64,000 bases of DNA, from positions 31,181,203-31,245,202 of the forward strand of contig NC_068986.1 in assembly GCF_001194135.2 (NCBI RefSeq). The letters are read 5' to 3'. The translations under genes and the position numbers were made by a program. The notes below the pieces were generated by a model. It was not told the origin of the DNA and did not search any database. It saw only the letters and a list, made by a program, of their open reading frames with translations. The DNA comes from Octopus bimaculoides (Eukaryota). This document shows positions 59,429 to 64,000 of this stretch, piece by piece; the first letter of the stretch is position 1; each line of letters begins with the position of its first letter.

Positions 59429-61305
59429 TCAGGATAAATTATTGTCTTATGTATACAATACATTTTTATGGTAGTATGAGATTTGAGGGAGATTTGGTTA
59501 TTTCTACCAAACTGAATGACGTCAAGGTAGGGAACTTGTAGCCTTAAGGACTTCCATGTGGCCCTCTGAAGAGCTAAGTGGAACCTTTTAAAATAAATTC
59601 AATGTTTGAGGGAAATCCTTATACTAGATTATATATCTTTTAGGTTTTTCTTTTTAAAAACCTATTTTACTAGTGCTTTATATGTAGGAGCAGCACCAGT
59701 GCTTTTTATGAGAAATAATTAAATATAGTGAGGCCAAATATTTCTAGCAATTAGGAATGTCAAAATCAGTTCCTAAGAATATATAAATCTGTCCCTCTAG
59801 GTTCTGTTCTGTTGTTTTGAGGTTTGATTGCAGTGTGTAGCATCACGGGCAAGAGTTTTCTGTCATAGCGTTGAGTTCACCTAAGGCTTGTAAGTGAAAC
59901 TTTGTTAGACTGAAGCTGTAGAAACCTGTTTGAGAGACTGTTCCACTTCTTGAATAATAGACCAGTTTAATGCTACCACCAGCCCTTAGCTGCTTTCTGT
60001 GGGATCCACCCTGTCAAAATCTCCATTTTGACTCTTTGACATTAAGACTACCCTGTCAAATGTAATGATTACTTACATTATTTTGAATTAATCATGCATT
60101 GTCTTGTAGCTTTGAGATTTTGATGATGTGATTGTTTATTTTTTGAATAACATTGTTGGGTAGGTGTGAGATGCTGGATCTGGTTGATTTTTAACATAAG
60201 ACTGCTAGACATTTGGGCCAGACATAGCTGGCTTTACTGCTAAACAGTTAATGATAATGTCCTGCTTCTCTCTCCTTCCCCCAGTCTTGGAGGGTCTGTA
60301 AAGGTAATGAACATCACCCTTAATCATTAAAACAAAACGATATTCATGTCATGGTACCTGAGTGTATGAAATACATAAGGCAATATCAGTGTGGTTTTGA
60401 ACTTAGTACAAAAGGGACTTAACTTAATATTTAGTTTGAATGGATGTTTTCTACCATGTCTTCTGTAACCTTCCCACACTTTAATGTAAAGTTATCCCAT
60501 ATAATATATTAGCACCACAGGAAAAGTGACCACAGCTTTCCTCTATTTCTCCTGTCATCTTCTACAGTAACCAATTAGATGACAGAGTGTATGGCACCTG
60601 TGCCCAGCGTCGCCTTTCTGGTACTTGTGCCCATGGCATATGTAAGGACTTTCAAGTGAGATCGTTGCCAGTACCGCTGGACTGGCTCTTGTGCAGGTGG
60701 CACATAAAATACACCATTTTGAGTGTGGCTGTTGCCAGTTCCACCTGACTGGCCCTCGTGCCGGTGACACGTAAAAGCACCCACTACACTCTTGGAGTGG
60801 TTGGCGTTAGGAAGGGCAACCAGCTGTAGAAACTCTGCTAGATCAGATTGGAGCCTGGTGCAGCCATCTGGTTCGCCAGTCCTCAGTCAAATTGTCCAAC
60901 CCATGCTAGCATGGAAAGCGGACGTTAAACGATGATGATGATGATGATGAAATTTTTAATTGATAGATCAAATGATGGTTTTAATTATAGTAAAAAAAAA
61001 AAGTATTGTGCAGAACACGATAAATAGGTGATTGTACAAGACAAACAAGCCAAATATTAATTAATATGGAATTCAATTGAAAGTTATGTTAACATACAAA
61101 ATTAGTCTCGTATATTATTTATGTAAAACAATTTTCTATTTCCTTATATGTAAATGGGTTGAAGGCCATACAAACATATTTTTGGGGTTCATTTGTATGT
61201 GTGTTAGAGTAAAATGTGTTTTTTGTTTACATAACTATAATACAAGCAAGTATGTTTGTGTATATATATATAAGTGTTCATGTATATGTATTTGTTTATA
61301 CATAA

Positions 61306-61317
<12 letters not shown>

Positions 61318-61392
<75 letters not shown>
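61318..61392. repeat. (TA)n microsatellite
   Basis: About 36 uninterrupted TA units. Other (CA)n/(TA)n tracts at 5245-5298, 31797-31855, 32519-32558 and 62590-62632. Confidence 0.97.
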
Positions 61393-61397
<5 letters not shown>

Positions 61398-62582
61398 CAT
61401 ATATATATATACATACACACACATATATATACATACATACACATATATGTATGTGTATGTAGAGATGTGGTTATAAAACTTGCTTCCAATCACAAAATTA
61501 TGGGTTTGATTCTATTGCATGGTATCTTGGGACAAATGTCTTTTTCTATAACAGTGCATTGATCCAAGCCTTGTGTGTGAAATTGGGTCAATGGAAACTG
61601 TGTGGAAGCTCATCAGATGAACTGTACATGTAATTCAAAAGTCCATATTTGTCCACACTGTTTCATGCTGATTCTGTCTCAGGATTATGCAAAGAGTATA
61701 CATGTTTTATGGTATACTTAGCCACTTACATTTTAATTCAGTGAACAGTTGATTGAGCAAGTGAAAACTCTCAGTTAGAAATTCTGACTGAAATAATTTC
61801 CCAACCACATGTGCTAGTAACATGTAAGAAGCACCTATTCTGGGGCCACATGATAATGGCCCATGCTGGCACCACATAAAAAGCGCCTGTGCTTATGTTA
61901 TGTAAAGGAGCACTTGTGACGGCACCATGTAAAAGAGGACCCATGCTGGCATCACATAAAAAGTACTTGTGCTGGTGCCATGTAAAAGGCACCCAGTACA
62001 TTATGCAAAGTTGTTGGTGTTAGGAAGGCCATCCAGTCATAGAAACCATGCTAAAATTGATGGCTAGAGCCTAGTGCAGTCCACCAGTTTGCCAGCTCTT
62101 GTCAAAGCATCCAACCCATGCCTACATAGAAAATGGATGTAAAATGAAGGTGATGACGACGATGATGATATGTGTAGATATGAGTGATAAAAAGCCAAGC
62201 CAATCACTGCAGGACTTGAAATGAGAACATGGAAGTTTGGAACTAAATATTAAAGAGAATTTACTCCAGAACTTTTCTTCTGCCTCTCTACTGTCGGGTG
62301 GTAGATGGGAAATGTTGAGTTATCATTATAAACAACTGACATCTTAGTTGATAGCATTTATGTGAAACATGTTTAAATGGGACATACATTAATGTGTAAT
62401 ACACATTAATGTGAAGTGCACATTATCTTTGTTTATCAACCGTATGGTTTTCAGTCACCCTGTGTGGAACCTTGTACAAGTGTCTTTTATTATAGCCCCG
62501 AGCCAACAAAAACCTTTGCGGGGATATGGTAGATGGAAACTGAAAGAAACACATCATATATGTGTATGTGTTTGTGTGTGCA

Positions 62583-62635
<53 letters not shown>

Positions 62636-62930
62636 CCTTGTCTTGACATCATGTAATAGTGGTAAACATGTCTGGCCATAGGGAATTATTACCTTGCTTG
62701 GAAACAAGTGAGGGACTGGCGACAGGAAGAGTATTCAACCATAGAAAATCTGTCACATTGAATTCCATCTGGCTTGGAAAAGGGGACGGAAAAGCATGGA
62801 AAAAGGGATGTTAAGACAACAATGATTATTATTTATGCGAAACACATTTACTTGAAGAATACGTTTGTATAAAACATACATTGAAATGTTATAATTTTGC
62901 TAACTGTAATGTTTCATACTTATATTTCAG

Positions 62931-63082
62931 TGGCTACTTTATGAGTTTTCCTTGGATTATGACAGCAAATGAAAGGAGCTGGGCATGTGTACATTTCCAG
63001 GATATGACATCAGCTAGTGTGGAAGTTAACCTGACGGCTTCAGCTATGACACTTTTCTCTAAAAAAGAAGTGTACCCCAATG
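62931..63082 (+). CDS. Exon 2 of the alpha-2-macroglobulin/TEP-like gene (MG1-like)
   Basis: tttcag|T GGC; GYFMSFPWIMTANERSWACVHFQDMTSASVEVNLTASAMTLFSKKEVYPN; donor gtaagt. Phase matches exon 1. The Y-x3-P...C-V pattern resembles A2M N-termini. Confidence 0.65.
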
Positions 63083-63358
63083 GTAAGTAATATATTGAAA
63101 TGAACTTGTTTCATCTCTTTTTCTGTCCCAGCCTCATTTCTGTTCTTGTGTGTTAGTATCTTTTATCATTTATCATGGACTTGTTTTCAGTCATTAGACT
63201 GTGGCCATGCAGGGGCACCACCTGGAAGAATTCTTAGCCAAATAAATCAAGCTCAGTACTTATTTTTTGCTAAGACTGGTACTTATTTTATTGGTCACTT
63301 TTGCTGAACCGTTAAGTTACGGGTGTGTAAGCACACCAACACTGGTTGTCAAGTGGTG

Positions 63359-63745
63359 TGGACACACACACACACACAGATGCACAGACAAACATACACA
63401 CACAGATGCGTGCGCATGCACACACACACACACACAGATGCACAGACAAACACACAGACAAACACACACACACACACAGATGCATGCACGCACACACACT
63501 TACACACACACATACACAGATGTACAGACAAACATACACACAGATGCGTGTGCATGCACACACACACACTTACACATACACAGATGCACAAACAAACACA
63601 TACACAGATATGTGCATGCACACGCACTTACACACACACAGATGCACAGACAAACACACACACACACAGATGTGTGCGCATGCACACACATGCACACGCA
63701 CACACACAGATGCATGCACGCACACACACTTACACACATACACAG
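63359..63745. repeat. Compound CA-rich minisatellite (cacacacagatg-type units)
   Basis: Repeated ACACACAGATG(C/T)(A/G) units of about 20-30 bp. Confidence 0.85.
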
Positions 63746-63746
63746 A

Positions 63747-64000
63747 TGAAAGGTAGACTGTATGATGCATGTGTGCAAACTGCCATGCTACATGGCAGTG
63801 AAACATGGGCCATGACTGCTGAGGACATGCGTAGGTTTGAAAGAAACGAAGCCAGTATGCTCTGCTGGATGTGTAATGTCAGTGTGCATACACGACAGAA
63901 TGTAAGTGCCCTAAGAGAAAAGTTGGGTATAAGAAGCATCAAATGTGGTGTGCAAGAGAGAGAACTGTGCTGGTATGGTCATGTGTTACGTATGGATGAG
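63747..64000 (+). mobile_element. RTE LINE ORF2 fragment
   Basis: GRLYDACVQTAMLHGSETWAMTAEDMRRFERNEASMLCWMC...LREKLGIRSIKCGVQERELCWYGHVLRMDE, the same family as 3955-4314. Confidence 0.88.

Overview
This is AT-rich, repeat-dense eukaryotic DNA with 9 N-gaps. The SINE/LINE content and microsatellites look like an Octopus (coleoid cephalopod) assembly; that assignment is inferred from memory of those repeat families. The main feature is a ~44 kb plus-strand gene for NAA35/MAK10, the NatC auxiliary subunit. Nineteen coding exons are readable (6837-50742) with consistent splice phases, and one further exon is missing and probably lies in an assembly gap. Head-to-head with it on the minus strand are two small exons (2352-2287, 488-435) encoding a peptide that resembles ASDURF, the prefoldin-like uORF protein of ASNSD1; this gene runs off the left edge. 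An intact tRNA-Trp(CCA) lies between the two genes. The first two exons of a secreted alpha-2-macroglobulin/TEP-like gene (57342-57403, 62931-63082) start near the right edge. The rest is transposon material: RTE-type LINE pieces, at least three tRNA-derived SINE families, and Helitron, hAT, mariner and piggyBac-like remnants or MITEs. Two NAA35 intronic islands (16217-16490, 46284-46422) look structured and are not explained by the repeats I recognise. I found no prokaryote-type system and no clearly novel multi-gene system. All family assignments are by eye and from memory, without database searches.
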